Shown piece after piece: positions 54,453 to 62,836 of a DNA stretch of 64,000 nucleotides. Every line of letters begins with the position of its first letter. The first letter of the stretch is position 1. The notes below the pieces were generated by a model. That model did not search any database. It saw only the letters and a list, made by a program, of their open reading frames with translations, and was not told the DNA's origin. The stretch is from Candidatus Limnocylindria bacterium. GTDB lineage: Bacteria; Chloroflexota; Limnocylindria; QHBO01. The position numbers were made by a program, and so were the translations under genes. Where the stretch lies: the NCBI GenBank assembly GCA_035697845.1, contig DASSCI010000005.1:8262-72261 (forward strand), given 5' to 3'.

Positions 54453-56272
54453 GGGATCTCGGCGACCAGCCGCGTGCCGCGGCCGGCGAAGCTCTCGATC
54501 GACAGCCGCCCACCGACGGCAGCGACACGATCCAGCAGGCCGCGCAGCCCGCTCCCGGTTGACGGATCGGCGCCACCCACTCCGTCGTCGGCGACGGTCA
54601 CGTGCAGCCAGCCTTCGGCCTCCTCGGCTGCCAGCTCGACCGACGACGCCGATGCATATTTCACGACGTTGGTAAGCGCTTCGGCGGCCACGAAGTAGGC
54701 GGTTGCCTCCACCAGCGGCGAATGGCGGTGTGACAGCGCGCAGCGGAAGCGAACCGGCACGGGCGATCGCTCGGCGAGCGCCTCCAGCGCCGGGCTCAGT
54801 CCCGCCTCGCCGAGGATCGCGGGGTGGATGCCGCGCGCCAGCTCGCGAAGCTCGCCGATGGCCAGCTTCAGCTCCTTCTCGGCCTCGGCGATGGTGGCGG
54901 CGGCCTGTGGCGACGCCTCCTTCATCTGCGCCTGCGCCATGGTGAGCGCGAGCGACAGGCTGACCAGCCGCTGCTGCGCCCCGTCGTGGATGTTGCGCTC
55001 GACCCGGCGCCGTTCCTCGTCGGCTGCGCGCACGATCCGCTCCCGGGAAGCCCGCACCTCCTCGAGCTGAGCGCGGACCTCCGCGTGGAGCCGCTCGTTC
55101 TCGATCGCCAGCCGAGCCACGGCCGCGACGCCGTCGACAAGCGCCCGCTGCTCGTCGAGGGCGGGATCGTGGATGAGCGCCGCGAGCGGGGCGTCGTCTC
55201 CGGCAAGCTTGGTGACCGATCTCGTCGCGTCGTCGGTCGGCAGCTCCATCCGTTCGCCGGCTGGACTCACGTATCCGCTCGCCGGCCGAGACCAGTACGC
55301 CACTTCGAGCGACGGGTCGCCGAGCGCCCGGCGCAGTGCGTTGATGAGCGAGCCGGGCGTGCCGATGCGCCCGAGATCAACGGCGAGCGCGGCGACCTTC
55401 GACTGACGCAATCGGACCCCGAGCAGACCCCACAGCAGGGCGGCGGGGACGAGGAGGAGCGAGAGGGACTGCACCCAGGGGAGGACCGCATAGACCACGG
55501 GATCGCGATCGCCCCAGACCACCTTCGCGAGGCTCGGAATGGTGGAGAGCCAGTCGGCGTTCAGGTTGCGCGCCGCCGTCCAATAGGACTCGCCGGTGAC
55601 GGCGATCAGGGTCATGGCGGCGCCAGCGATCCAGACGGGCGCGGCAGCACTGCGCGCAGGACCGGTCGCGACCATCCAGCGCCGAACCAGCACCACCAGC
55701 AGAACGACGGCCATGGCGGCGAACCACAGGTCCGCCAGGTTGACGAGCTCCACGGACATGGGTTGGTCGTAGCGCAGGATGAGTGCAGACCGGCACTCGC
55801 AGTTCCCGCGGCGGCCCGGTGAGAGGACGGCGACGGCGAGCTGCAGGATGAGGTAGCCGGCCGAGAGGGCGATCCAGACCCTGACGGCGCGCGAGCCGAG
55901 CCGGCCGCCGGGGTAGGTGAGGATGAGCAATCCGAGAAGGACGCCGAAGAGGCCGGCGCCGGCGGCCAGCCACACGCCGACCGTGGTCCACGGCGAGGTC
56001 GGCAGGAACTCCAGTCCGTTGAGAAGCCACGCAGCACCGACGGCGACCATCAGCAAGCCGGTCCGGCTCGCCGGCCGCCGGTGCCATGCAATCAGCCCGG
56101 CCGCGATGAATGCCCAGGCGGGAAGCACCTCTCGCGCGATGTCGAACGGCCCGTGGCCCAGACGATGGACGGTCGTGGACGCCGGCTCCGGGATGTCGTT
56201 GAGAAAGCCGTACGCACTCACCACGGTGAGACCGACCAGTCCGATGAGCGCCAGGGCCATCCATCGGCTCAT
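54443..56272 (-). CDS. Sensor histidine kinase (HisKA_3/NarX-LiaS type) with a polytopic N-terminal membrane sensor
   Basis: 609 aa. The H-box ERNIHDGAQQRLVSL and HATPase_c (..TNVVKYA.., DDGVGGA, GSGLRGLLDRV) are present. Its stop overlaps the RR start. Confidence 0.85.
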   Translation of the reverse strand: MSRWMALALIGLVGLTVVSAYGFLNDIPEPASTTVHRLGHGPFDIAREVLPAWAFIAAGLIAWHRRPASRTGLLMVAVGAAWLLNGLEFLPTSPWTTVGVWLAAGAGLFGVLLGLLILTYPGGRLGSRAVRVWIALSAGYLILQLAVAVLSPGRRGNCECRSALILRYDQPMSVELVNLADLWFAAMAVVLLVVLVRRWMVATGPARSAAAPVWIAGAAMTLIAVTGESYWTAARNLNADWLSTIPSLAKVVWGDRDPVVYAVLPWVQSLSLLLVPAALLWGLLGVRLRQSKVAALAVDLGRIGTPGSLINALRRALGDPSLEVAYWSRPASGYVSPAGERMELPTDDATRSVTKLAGDDAPLAALIHDPALDEQRALVDGVAAVARLAIENERLHAEVRAQLEEVRASRERIVRAADEERRRVERNIHDGAQQRLVSLSLALTMAQAQMKEASPQAAATIAEAEKELKLAIGELRELARGIHPAILGEAGLSPALEALAERSPVPVRFRCALSHRHSPLVEATAYFVAAEALTNVVKYASASSVELAAEEAEGWLHVTVADDGVGGADPSTGSGLRGLLDRVAAVGGRLSIESFAGRGTRLVAEIPCE

Positions 56273-56718
56273 GACGCCGCTCCGAGGAGATCACGCAGCC
56301 GTGCGCCGCTCAGCTCCGGCTTCGGGATGAAGCCAATCGCGGCCGCGGCGTCCAGGCGGCGTCCGAAGTCGGACTCGTCGTGGCTCGAGACGAGGATCAC
56401 CAAGGGTGGCGCAGCGATGCCGCGCAGGCGCTCCGCGACCTCGAATCCGCTTGAGTCGGGCAGCATGACGTCCAGCAGGACGAGATCGGGCTCCAGCGCG
56501 ATCGCGCTCGACAGCGCCGATGCGCCGCTCGATGCCTCGCCGATCACGGCATAGCCCTCCGATTCGAGCAGCGACCGCGCCCATGCTCGGAACCCGTGAT
56601 GGTCGTCAACGATCAGGACGGTGGTCGCCACAGCCCGATGCTGCCATCGAAGCACAGACCGGTCGTCAGGGCCAGCCCTGAGATGAAATTCGGTGCGGGC
56701 CACCGCGCCGATTTCCAT
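56269..56718 (-). CDS. Single-domain response regulator (receiver only)
   Basis: VLIVDDHHGFRAWARSLLESEGYAVIGEASSG...DLVLLDVMLPDSSGFEV...LVILVSSHD. The start is uncertain; ATG at 56718 was chosen, while the track ORF extends to 56796. It overlaps the HK start (ATGA). Confidence 0.7.
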   Translation of the reverse strand: MEIGAVARTEFHLRAGPDDRSVLRWQHRAVATTVLIVDDHHGFRAWARSLLESEGYAVIGEASSGASALSSAIALEPDLVLLDVMLPDSSGFEVAERLRGIAAPPLVILVSSHDESDFGRRLDAAAAIGFIPKPELSGARLRDLLGAAS

Positions 56719-56814
56719 GCCCGCCCCGATGGTTCGCATCGGTGCTGTCCCTAGCGTGATGTTCGAACGCGGCCGGCCACTCGGGCGCACAAACACACCA
56801 AAGGAGACAGACCG

Positions 56815-57114
56815 ATGGCACAGGCAACCACCGTCAAGCCCCGCACCTTCTCGTTCGGATCGGCGTCAGCGCTGACCCTGGGAGGGCTCATCCTCGCCGC
56901 CATGATCACGCTGGCGGCGGTGTTCGCGATCACCAACGTCCCGACCGATACCGTCGCCCCTCGCAGCGAGGCGGTCCTCGAGGCCGGCCGCGCCTGGCAG
57001 CGGCAGTACGAATCGATGAGCGGCCTCGAGGCGCGCCGCGAGCGCTACGAGAACGCCGTCCTGCAGTCGGGTCGCGAGTGGGAGCGGCAGCAGAAGCAGA
57101 TCAGCGGCGATTGA
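56815..57114 (+). CDS. Small hypothetical membrane protein (one TM helix plus charged C-terminal helix)
   Basis: 99 aa. SD AAAGGAG lies 7 nt upstream. About 90 % of codons end in G/C. It is divergent from the two-component operon. Confidence 0.55.
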   Translation: MAQATTVKPRTFSFGSASALTLGGLILAAMITLAAVFAITNVPTDTVAPRSEAVLEAGRAWQRQYESMSGLEARRERYENAVLQSGREWERQQKQISGD

Positions 57115-57334
57115 GGTAACCCCCCGATGCCGAAGATCGCCGAGCTGACGGATGAGCGTCCTCCACGGGACGCTGGCCCCCCACGACCGACGAGGTCGAC
57201 GCCGGCGGCCGACGTCGACACCAGGACAGTGCGGTTCATCAGGTCGCGCATCGCCGTGGCCAGCGGCGACGGCGACGAATCAGAGGGCCCGGAGACCACT
57301 CCGGGCCTTCTTCACGCCCGCTGAAAGCGCGCGC

Positions 57335-58837
57335 TCAGATCCAGCACCACCCGCGCGGCGGATCGCCCTCGCTGGTCGAGTCGTCCGGCAATGACCGCGT
57401 CGCCGTCCCACTGCCGGCGCAATCGGAGAACAGGATCCGCGTCCGCCAGGCGCCGGGGTCCATCGGCAGAGCGGTCAGCATCGGCAGGTAGAAGGCGAAG
57501 CTGGCGACCACCAGCGCGCCAAACGCGATCGTCGTGACCCGCCCCGCCATCCGCGACCAGGCCCACCCCGCGAAGCAGCCCATGGCGATGCACAGGAACG
57601 GCACGGTCGGCAGGAAATACCAGATGAACGTCTGGCTGCGATCCCCGGACAGGATCAGCCAGGGCAGGTAGGTTGCCGCCGCGGCAAACAGGACCGCTGG
57701 CTCGGGACCCAGGATCCGCCAGCCGCTGCGCCACCACGTGACGAGCAGTCCCGCGAAAGCCACCAGGCCTGGCCACCACACCAGTGGATTTCCCAGCGCA
57801 AGGATCTCGCGGTAGGTCCCGCCCTCGGCGCTGAACCAGAAGGCCACCGGTCGCTTCAGCAGCGGCCACGCCCACGGTGGCGACTGATACGGGTGGTTGC
57901 CACCGAGCTGCGTGTGGAAGTCGAGCATCGCCTGCTGGTGGTCCCAGATGCCGCGCCACACGGAGCCGGCCTGCCAAGGCAGTGCGACGATCGCGCCGGG
58001 CATGCGCCCGGTGTAGCTGGCCATGTACACGAGCACGGGCACCATGCCCAGCAGGATCAGCGTTGGCAGCGCCTCGCGGCGGACCGCCTGCGTGATCCAG
58101 CCGCTCCAGCCATCGTCCGGTGCCGCGCGGCGCCTCTCGGCGATCTCCCAGGCGATGACCAGGCCGATGACCGCTGGCGCGACGTAGGCTCCGGACCACT
58201 TCGTCGCCGCGGCAGCGCCGATGCAGACGCCGGCAACCAGCCGCCACGGCCGTCCGAGCGTCAGGCGCCACCACCACTCCTCGCGCTCGATTCGCGGCCG
58301 ATCGCGGTCGAGCACGATCGCCAGGACCGCGCCAATGACGAACAAGGTGATGAAGGCATCCAGCATTGCGATGCGCGAGTGGACCAGGTGCAGGAAATCG
58401 GTCGCCAGCAGGCCGGCCGCCGCGAATGCGCCGACCGTGGCGCCGCGCGGTCCGGTCAGGCCGCGCAGCAGACCCCAGGCGAGCAGGTAGACGAGCGCGA
58501 CGCTGATGATGCCGGCCACCGCGGACGCCACCCGCCAGCCGAAGGGCTCGTATCCGAAGGCAGCGATCCCCGAGCCGATGAGCCACTTGCCCAGCGGTGG
58601 ATGCGCGCGGCTGACGAGGTCGGTGATCCCGCACGCTGACTCCGTGCCATACACGTACCAGCACGCATCCTGAGCGTAGAAGATCTCATCGAACACCAGG
58701 CCGATCGGCCGGCCCAGGCTGACCAGCCGCAGGGCACCTGCCCCGACGACCAGCAGCGCGAGCAGCGCCGTGTCGATCCGGGTCCAGGCGGGTCGCGACG
58801 CATTGGACACGTCGCACATCCTAGGCGTGGCCGCCAC
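57335..58837 (-). CDS. Dolichyl/polyprenyl-phosphate-mannose--protein mannosyltransferase (GT39, PMT family)
   Basis: 500 aa polytopic membrane protein. LVFDEIFYAQDA (PMT DE motif in loop 1), the GT-C topology and a C-terminal luminal region match the PMT family. Confidence 0.75.
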   Translation of the reverse strand: MAATPRMCDVSNASRPAWTRIDTALLALLVVGAGALRLVSLGRPIGLVFDEIFYAQDACWYVYGTESACGITDLVSRAHPPLGKWLIGSGIAAFGYEPFGWRVASAVAGIISVALVYLLAWGLLRGLTGPRGATVGAFAAAGLLATDFLHLVHSRIAMLDAFITLFVIGAVLAIVLDRDRPRIEREEWWWRLTLGRPWRLVAGVCIGAAAATKWSGAYVAPAVIGLVIAWEIAERRRAAPDDGWSGWITQAVRREALPTLILLGMVPVLVYMASYTGRMPGAIVALPWQAGSVWRGIWDHQQAMLDFHTQLGGNHPYQSPPWAWPLLKRPVAFWFSAEGGTYREILALGNPLVWWPGLVAFAGLLVTWWRSGWRILGPEPAVLFAAAATYLPWLILSGDRSQTFIWYFLPTVPFLCIAMGCFAGWAWSRMAGRVTTIAFGALVVASFAFYLPMLTALPMDPGAWRTRILFSDCAGSGTATRSLPDDSTSEGDPPRGWCWI

Positions 58838-58890
58838 CCCCCTTCAGCGCCTCGTCCCCTTTCCCGCCGTGCGGGAATCCGGTACGCCCC

Positions 58891-59331
58891 TCAGTCGAGG
58901 CCGGGGGCGTGAACCGGCAGATCGCCGGTGCGCGCCAGCTCCTCCTGGCAGGAGAGCCGATCGAGATCGCGCGGCTCGGCGCGCCACAGCAGATACCGAT
59001 AGTGATCCGAGACGTGGCGCAGCCGCTCGCGCGTGTACTCATTGGTTGGGCGCAACCAGGCGTCCTGTGCGGGCAGCCCGTGGCCGGGCACGAACTGGAA
59101 GGACACCTGCTTGCCCGCGCAGCTGGTGACGACGGTGTAGCCACCCTCCCAGGAGGGGTCGAGCTTCTGGACCGTCCAGCCGGGCAGCCGATCGCTGACC
59201 TCGCCGAGCACGGTGGCACGACCGAGATCCGGAACCACCGGAATCGGCGCGAGGTATGCGATCAGGAAAGCGGCAGCGAGGGACGCGGCGACGACCAGCG
59301 CCCGCGATCGGCCGTGCAGGATGCGGGACAT
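58891..59331 (-). CDS. Hypothetical membrane-anchored protein
   Basis: 146 aa with an N-terminal TM helix, immediately upstream of the PMT gene on the same strand. Confidence 0.45.
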   Translation of the reverse strand: MSRILHGRSRALVVAASLAAAFLIAYLAPIPVVPDLGRATVLGEVSDRLPGWTVQKLDPSWEGGYTVVTSCAGKQVSFQFVPGHGLPAQDAWLRPTNEYTRERLRHVSDHYRYLLWRAEPRDLDRLSCQEELARTGDLPVHAPGLD

Positions 59332-59477
59332 ATGAGCTCGTTCGAAGGCTATGGAAGCGGCAGCATCACGCCGCCGGATGCCAATCTCCGAATGCAGGAT
59401 CCGTACCGACCCTCTGCTAGACTCGCTCGACCGGCGCCACGGAATCGGTGACGTCGGATCGCCAGAGGCGGACCGAG

Positions 59478-59918
59478 ATGAACTACGAACTTTTCATGGC
59501 CGAGGCGATCGCCGAGGCGCGACGAGGCGGCGAGGAAGGCGAGGAGCCGATCGGCTCGGTCGCCGTGATCGACGACGCGATGATCGCGCGCGACCATGAC
59601 CGATCTGCCCTCCAGGGCGACCCGACCGCGCACGCCGTCCTCCTCACCGTGCAGGCCGCGGCCCGCAAGCTCGGGACTCGACGCCTGACGGAGGCGACGA
59701 TCTTCACCACCCACGAGCCGTGCGCGATGTGCGTCGGCGCCCTCGTCGAGGCGCGCGTGCGGGCCCTCGTCTTCGCCGTCCCCGATCCCGAGCGCGGCGC
59801 CGCCGGCAGCGTCCTCCAGCTCGCGCGCGAGTCGTCGCTGCCGCACCAGATCTCGGTCGTGTCCGGCGTGCGCGAATCGGAGGCGCGGCGGCTGGCGACG
59901 GAGTCCGCATCGGTCTAG
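59478..59918 (+). CDS. tRNA-adenosine-deaminase (TadA/CDA-fold) homolog with the catalytic Glu replaced by Val (HAE->HAV)
   Basis: MNYELFMAEAIAEARRG...PIGSVAVID...DPTAHAVLLTVQAA...THEPCAMCVGAL aligns with E. coli TadA (DPTAHAEIMALRQ...TLEPCVMCAGAM). The zinc ligands H/C/C are kept, but the Glu codon is GTC (Val). The alternative GTG start is at 59448. Confidence 0.75.
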   Translation: MNYELFMAEAIAEARRGGEEGEEPIGSVAVIDDAMIARDHDRSALQGDPTAHAVLLTVQAAARKLGTRRLTEATIFTTHEPCAMCVGALVEARVRALVFAVPDPERGAAGSVLQLARESSLPHQISVVSGVRESEARRLATESASV

Positions 59919-60028
59919 CCTCGCCCATCTCGTTCTCGGGGAGCCACGAGTCGCCCGCCGTAGGGCAGCCCACGCGTCGGAGCGCCTTTTGGCGGCACGA
60001 CAGCACTCGGCTAGAATCTCGTCGGCGC

Positions 60029-60118
<90 letters not shown>

Positions 60119-60134
60119 TCGTCACATCAAGCCC

Positions 60135-60222
60135 GGAGAGGTCGCCTAGAGGCCTATGGCGCGGCACTGGAAATGCCGTTCGGGGCAACCCGTCGAGGGT
60201 TCGAATCCCTCCCTCTCCGCCA
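60135..60222 (+). tRNA. tRNA-Ser (anticodon GGA)
   Basis: GGAGAGG acceptor, anticodon stem CGGCA/TGCCG with loop CTGGAAA, long variable arm, GGGTTCGAATCCCTC, and CCA. Confidence 0.9.
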
Positions 60223-60281
60223 GCAACTCGGAATCGGGACTGCTCAACCGCGTCGTGCTCCAGGGCGTTGGCATCGAGCTG

Positions 60282-60422
60282 CCGGCTGGAAATTTGCTCA
60301 AATGGCGGCACATTACCCGGCCGATTGCGCCGATCCGGCGCCACTTCACGCTCGGAACGACCTGGTGAACGCTCCATCGTCCGGCTAACGTCTCGACCAG
60401 CGCGCAAATTTCCATTCGCGAC
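60282..60422. repeat. MITE-like intergenic repeat element, copy 2 (~130 bp, 10 bp perfect terminal inverted repeats GGAAATTTGC)
   Basis: GGAAATTTGC is at 60286..60295 and GCAAATTTCC at 60401..60410. The interior (..TTCACGCTCGGAACG..CCGGCTAACGTCTCGACCAGCGCGCAAATTTCCAT) is ~75-80 % identical to the element at 19955..20140. Confidence 0.6.
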
Positions 60423-60498
60423 CCGCCGACTCGCAGTCTGCTGGGTCAGCGCGCAGCCTTCCAGTCAGGGTATGTCCTCGACGGACCCGGAACGCCCG

Positions 60499-60527
60499 AT
60501 TGACCGATGCCGCCGCGCAACCTACCA
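60499..60527 (+). promoter_or_regulatory. Putative promoter of SRP RNA: TTGACC - 17 bp - TACCAT
   Basis: The -10 ends 8 nt before the predicted 5' end of the SRP RNA (60536). Confidence 0.5.
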
Positions 60528-60535
60528 TCGCGGCC

Positions 60536-60805
60536 GGTCGTGCTAGGCGGGGAACTAGCGGTGCCCTGTATCCGCAATCCGCTACAGCGGAGCTGAACTC
60601 CCGGTCGAGGTCCGCACCGTTCGCCAACCACCACCGTGCCCGACGTTGAAGGTCGGGTCCCGCGCAGCGTTGGTCCGTGAACCCCGTCAGGTCCGGAAGG
60701 AAGCAGCGGTAAGCGATCGCCTTCGGGTGCCGCGGGACAACCTGGCCGGAGCCGGGCACGTGGGTGAGTGCGAGCTGGTGCGGTTCGACACCGGGTGCAC
60801 GACCT
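60536..60805 (+). ncRNA. ffs: Signal recognition particle RNA, long (Bacillus scRNA-like) form with Alu domain
   Basis: The helix-8 core GTCAGGTCCGGAAGGAAGCAGC is at 60687..60708. The 5' Alu-domain segment GTCGTGCTAGGCGGGGAACTAGCGGTGCCCTGTATCCGCAATCCGCTACAGCGGAGCTGAACTCCC closely matches B. subtilis scRNA (GCCGUGCUAAGCGGGGAGGUAGCGGUGCCCUGUACCUGCAAUCCGCUCUAGCAGGGCCGAAUCCC). The 3' end GGGTGCACGACC pairs with the 5' end. Length is ~270 nt, and the gene sits immediately upstream of dnaX as in Bacillus. Confidence 0.8.
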
Positions 60806-60865
60806 ACTCATCCTCCTCTCGCCGGCCGATGCGGCCGCGCCAATCGGTGTACGGTAGCCCTCGTC

Positions 60866-62464
60866 ATGCCCGCAGCCCCGTCCACGCCCGACGCCGTGCC
60901 CGGCGAGCCGGCCATCGCGCACCGCGCCCTGTATCGGCGCTTCCGCGCCCAGCGTTTCGGCGAGCTGGTCGGGCAGGATCCGATCGTCACCACCCTTCGC
61001 CACGCGGTCAGCGGCGAGCGCCTGGCGCACGCCTATCTCTTCGTCGGGCCGCGCGGCACGGGGAAGACCTCCACGGCGCGAATCCTGGCCAAGGCCATCA
61101 ACTGCACGAACCTCGGCGATGATGGCGAGCCGTGCGACACCTGCCCCTCCTGCGTCGCCATCCGGGACGGCCGCGCGCTCGATGTGATCGAGATCGACGC
61201 CGCGTCGCACGGGTTGGTGGAGGACGCCCGCGACCTCGTGATGCGGGCGCTGACCGCGCCATCGGAGCTGCGAAAGCGGGTGTACATCATCGACGAGGTC
61301 CACATGCTGAGCACGCACGCCTTCAATGCGCTGCTCAAGCTCATCGAGGAGCCTCCCGACCACGTCGTCTTCATCCTGGCCACCACCGACACGCACAAGG
61401 TGCCGGCCACGATCATCAGCCGCACCCAGCGCCACGACTTCCGTCGCCTTCCCGAAGCGACGATCGTCGGCAAGCTGCGCCGCATCATCGCCACGGACGG
61501 CCTCGACGCCGATGACGACGCCCTCGCCCTCGTCGCGCGCCTGGCCGATGGCGGCATGCGCGACGCCGAGTCCCTGCTCGACCAGGTGCTCGCCTTCACC
61601 TCAGGTCGCCTGACCATCGACGACGTGCGCGAGGCCGTCGGCCTGGCCGACGAGGCGGTCATCAGCGAGCTCCTGGACGCGTATGAGGCCGCTGACGCCG
61701 CCGCGGCGCTCGACCATCTGGCCGCCATGGCCGATGCCGGCCGCGACCTGGCGCAGGTCGCCGCGCAGGCCGAGGCCGAGGCACGCCGCCGGCTGCTGGC
61801 CTCCGCGTCCGATCCCGCGGCAGCCCGCCGGCTGGCATTCACGCTCCGGTCGCTGGCCGAGGCCGCGGGCGCCGGCGCGCGCGAAGGACGCGCCCGGCTC
61901 CTTCTCGAGCTGCTCGCCGTCGAGCAGCCTGGAGCCGCGCCAACACTGCCGGTCGCCACGGTCGCACCGGCACCACGCGCACCCGCCCCCAAGCCGCCAC
62001 CCGTTGCGAAGCCGGCCGACCCGCCTGCGGCGCGCGTGGAGCCGGCAGCGCAGACGACCCCGACGCCAGTGCCGATGGCGGCCGGCGGTGGCGCCGATGT
62101 TGCCGAGATGCGCTCACGGTGGGTCGACGTCGTCGAACGCGCCAGCCCCGTCATCAAGCCGCTGCTCAAGGAATGCCGTCCCGTCGCCCGCGACGGGGCA
62201 CGCCTGACGCTCGCATTCCCGGAGGGGCGCGACTTCATGCGTTCGCGCATTGCCCAGCGCTCTGCGCAGATCGAGGCGCTGCTGACCGACATGTTCGGCG
62301 GCTCGTTCGCGATCGAGTGCGTCGCCAGCAATCTCGAGCTCGAGCCGCTCACGGTGGCCCAGGCCGTTGGCAACCCCGACGACGACCCCGAGGCGCGGGC
62401 GCTGCTCGAGGGCGTCCTGAAGATCACCGGCGGCGAGCTGGTCGACGCGCCCGAGGTGCGTTGA
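60866..62464 (+). CDS. dnaX: DNA polymerase III subunits gamma/tau
   Basis: Start at MPAAPSTP. YRRFRAQRFGELVGQD, LFVGPRGTGKTSTARILAKAINC (Walker A), the zinc module CDTCPSCVAIRDG, DEVHMLS and SRTQRHDFRRL match DnaX. A Pro/Ala-rich linker and C-terminal tau domain follow. Confidence 0.9.
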   Translation: MPAAPSTPDAVPGEPAIAHRALYRRFRAQRFGELVGQDPIVTTLRHAVSGERLAHAYLFVGPRGTGKTSTARILAKAINCTNLGDDGEPCDTCPSCVAIRDGRALDVIEIDAASHGLVEDARDLVMRALTAPSELRKRVYIIDEVHMLSTHAFNALLKLIEEPPDHVVFILATTDTHKVPATIISRTQRHDFRRLPEATIVGKLRRIIATDGLDADDDALALVARLADGGMRDAESLLDQVLAFTSGRLTIDDVREAVGLADEAVISELLDAYEAADAAAALDHLAAMADAGRDLAQVAAQAEAEARRRLLASASDPAAARRLAFTLRSLAEAAGAGAREGRARLLLELLAVEQPGAAPTLPVATVAPAPRAPAPKPPPVAKPADPPAARVEPAAQTTPTPVPMAAGGGADVAEMRSRWVDVVERASPVIKPLLKECRPVARDGARLTLAFPEGRDFMRSRIAQRSAQIEALLTDMFGGSFAIECVASNLELEPLTVAQAVGNPDDDPEARALLEGVLKITGGELVDAPEVR

Positions 62465-62502
62465 CCCGTCGCCCTTCCACCCGCCCCAGCAAGGAGACCG
62501 GA

Positions 62503-62829
62503 GTGAACATCGGTCAGATCGCCAAGATGGCGCAGCAGATGCAAACCCAGATGGCCCAGGCCCAGGAGGAGCTCAAGCAGACGACCCTCGAGGCCACGGC
62601 CGGCGGGGGCGCGGTGCGAGTGGTGATCACCGGCGCGCAGGAGGTGCGCAGCGTCGAGATCGATCCATCGGCCGTCGATCCCGACGAGGTCGAGATGCTG
62701 CAGGACCTGGTCATGACGGCCATCAACGAGGCGATCGGCCGCAGCAAGGACCTCGAGCGCGAGCGCATGGCCGGCATTGCCGGCGGCATGGGCCTCCCGG
62801 GCATGCCGGGCCTGCCAGGCTTCGGCTGA
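62503..62829 (+). CDS. ybaB: Nucleoid-associated protein YbaB/EbfC
   Basis: GTG start with SD AAGGAG 7 nt upstream. MAQQMQTQMAQAQEELKQTTLEATAGGGAVRVVITGAQEVRSVEIDPSAV and a C-terminal GMPGLPGF tail match YbaB/EbfC. Confidence 0.85.
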   Translation: MNIGQIAKMAQQMQTQMAQAQEELKQTTLEATAGGGAVRVVITGAQEVRSVEIDPSAVDPDEVEMLQDLVMTAINEAIGRSKDLERERMAGIAGGMGLPGMPGLPGFG

Positions 62830-62836
62830 CCCATCC

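Noticed and set aside
57127-57324. 65-codon ORF (MPKIAELTDERPPRDAGPPRP...) between the small membrane protein gene and the PMT gene
   Set aside because: The product is predicted to be disordered, GC3 (~80 %) is only moderately elevated, and there is no RBS, so the evidence is insufficient to call a gene.
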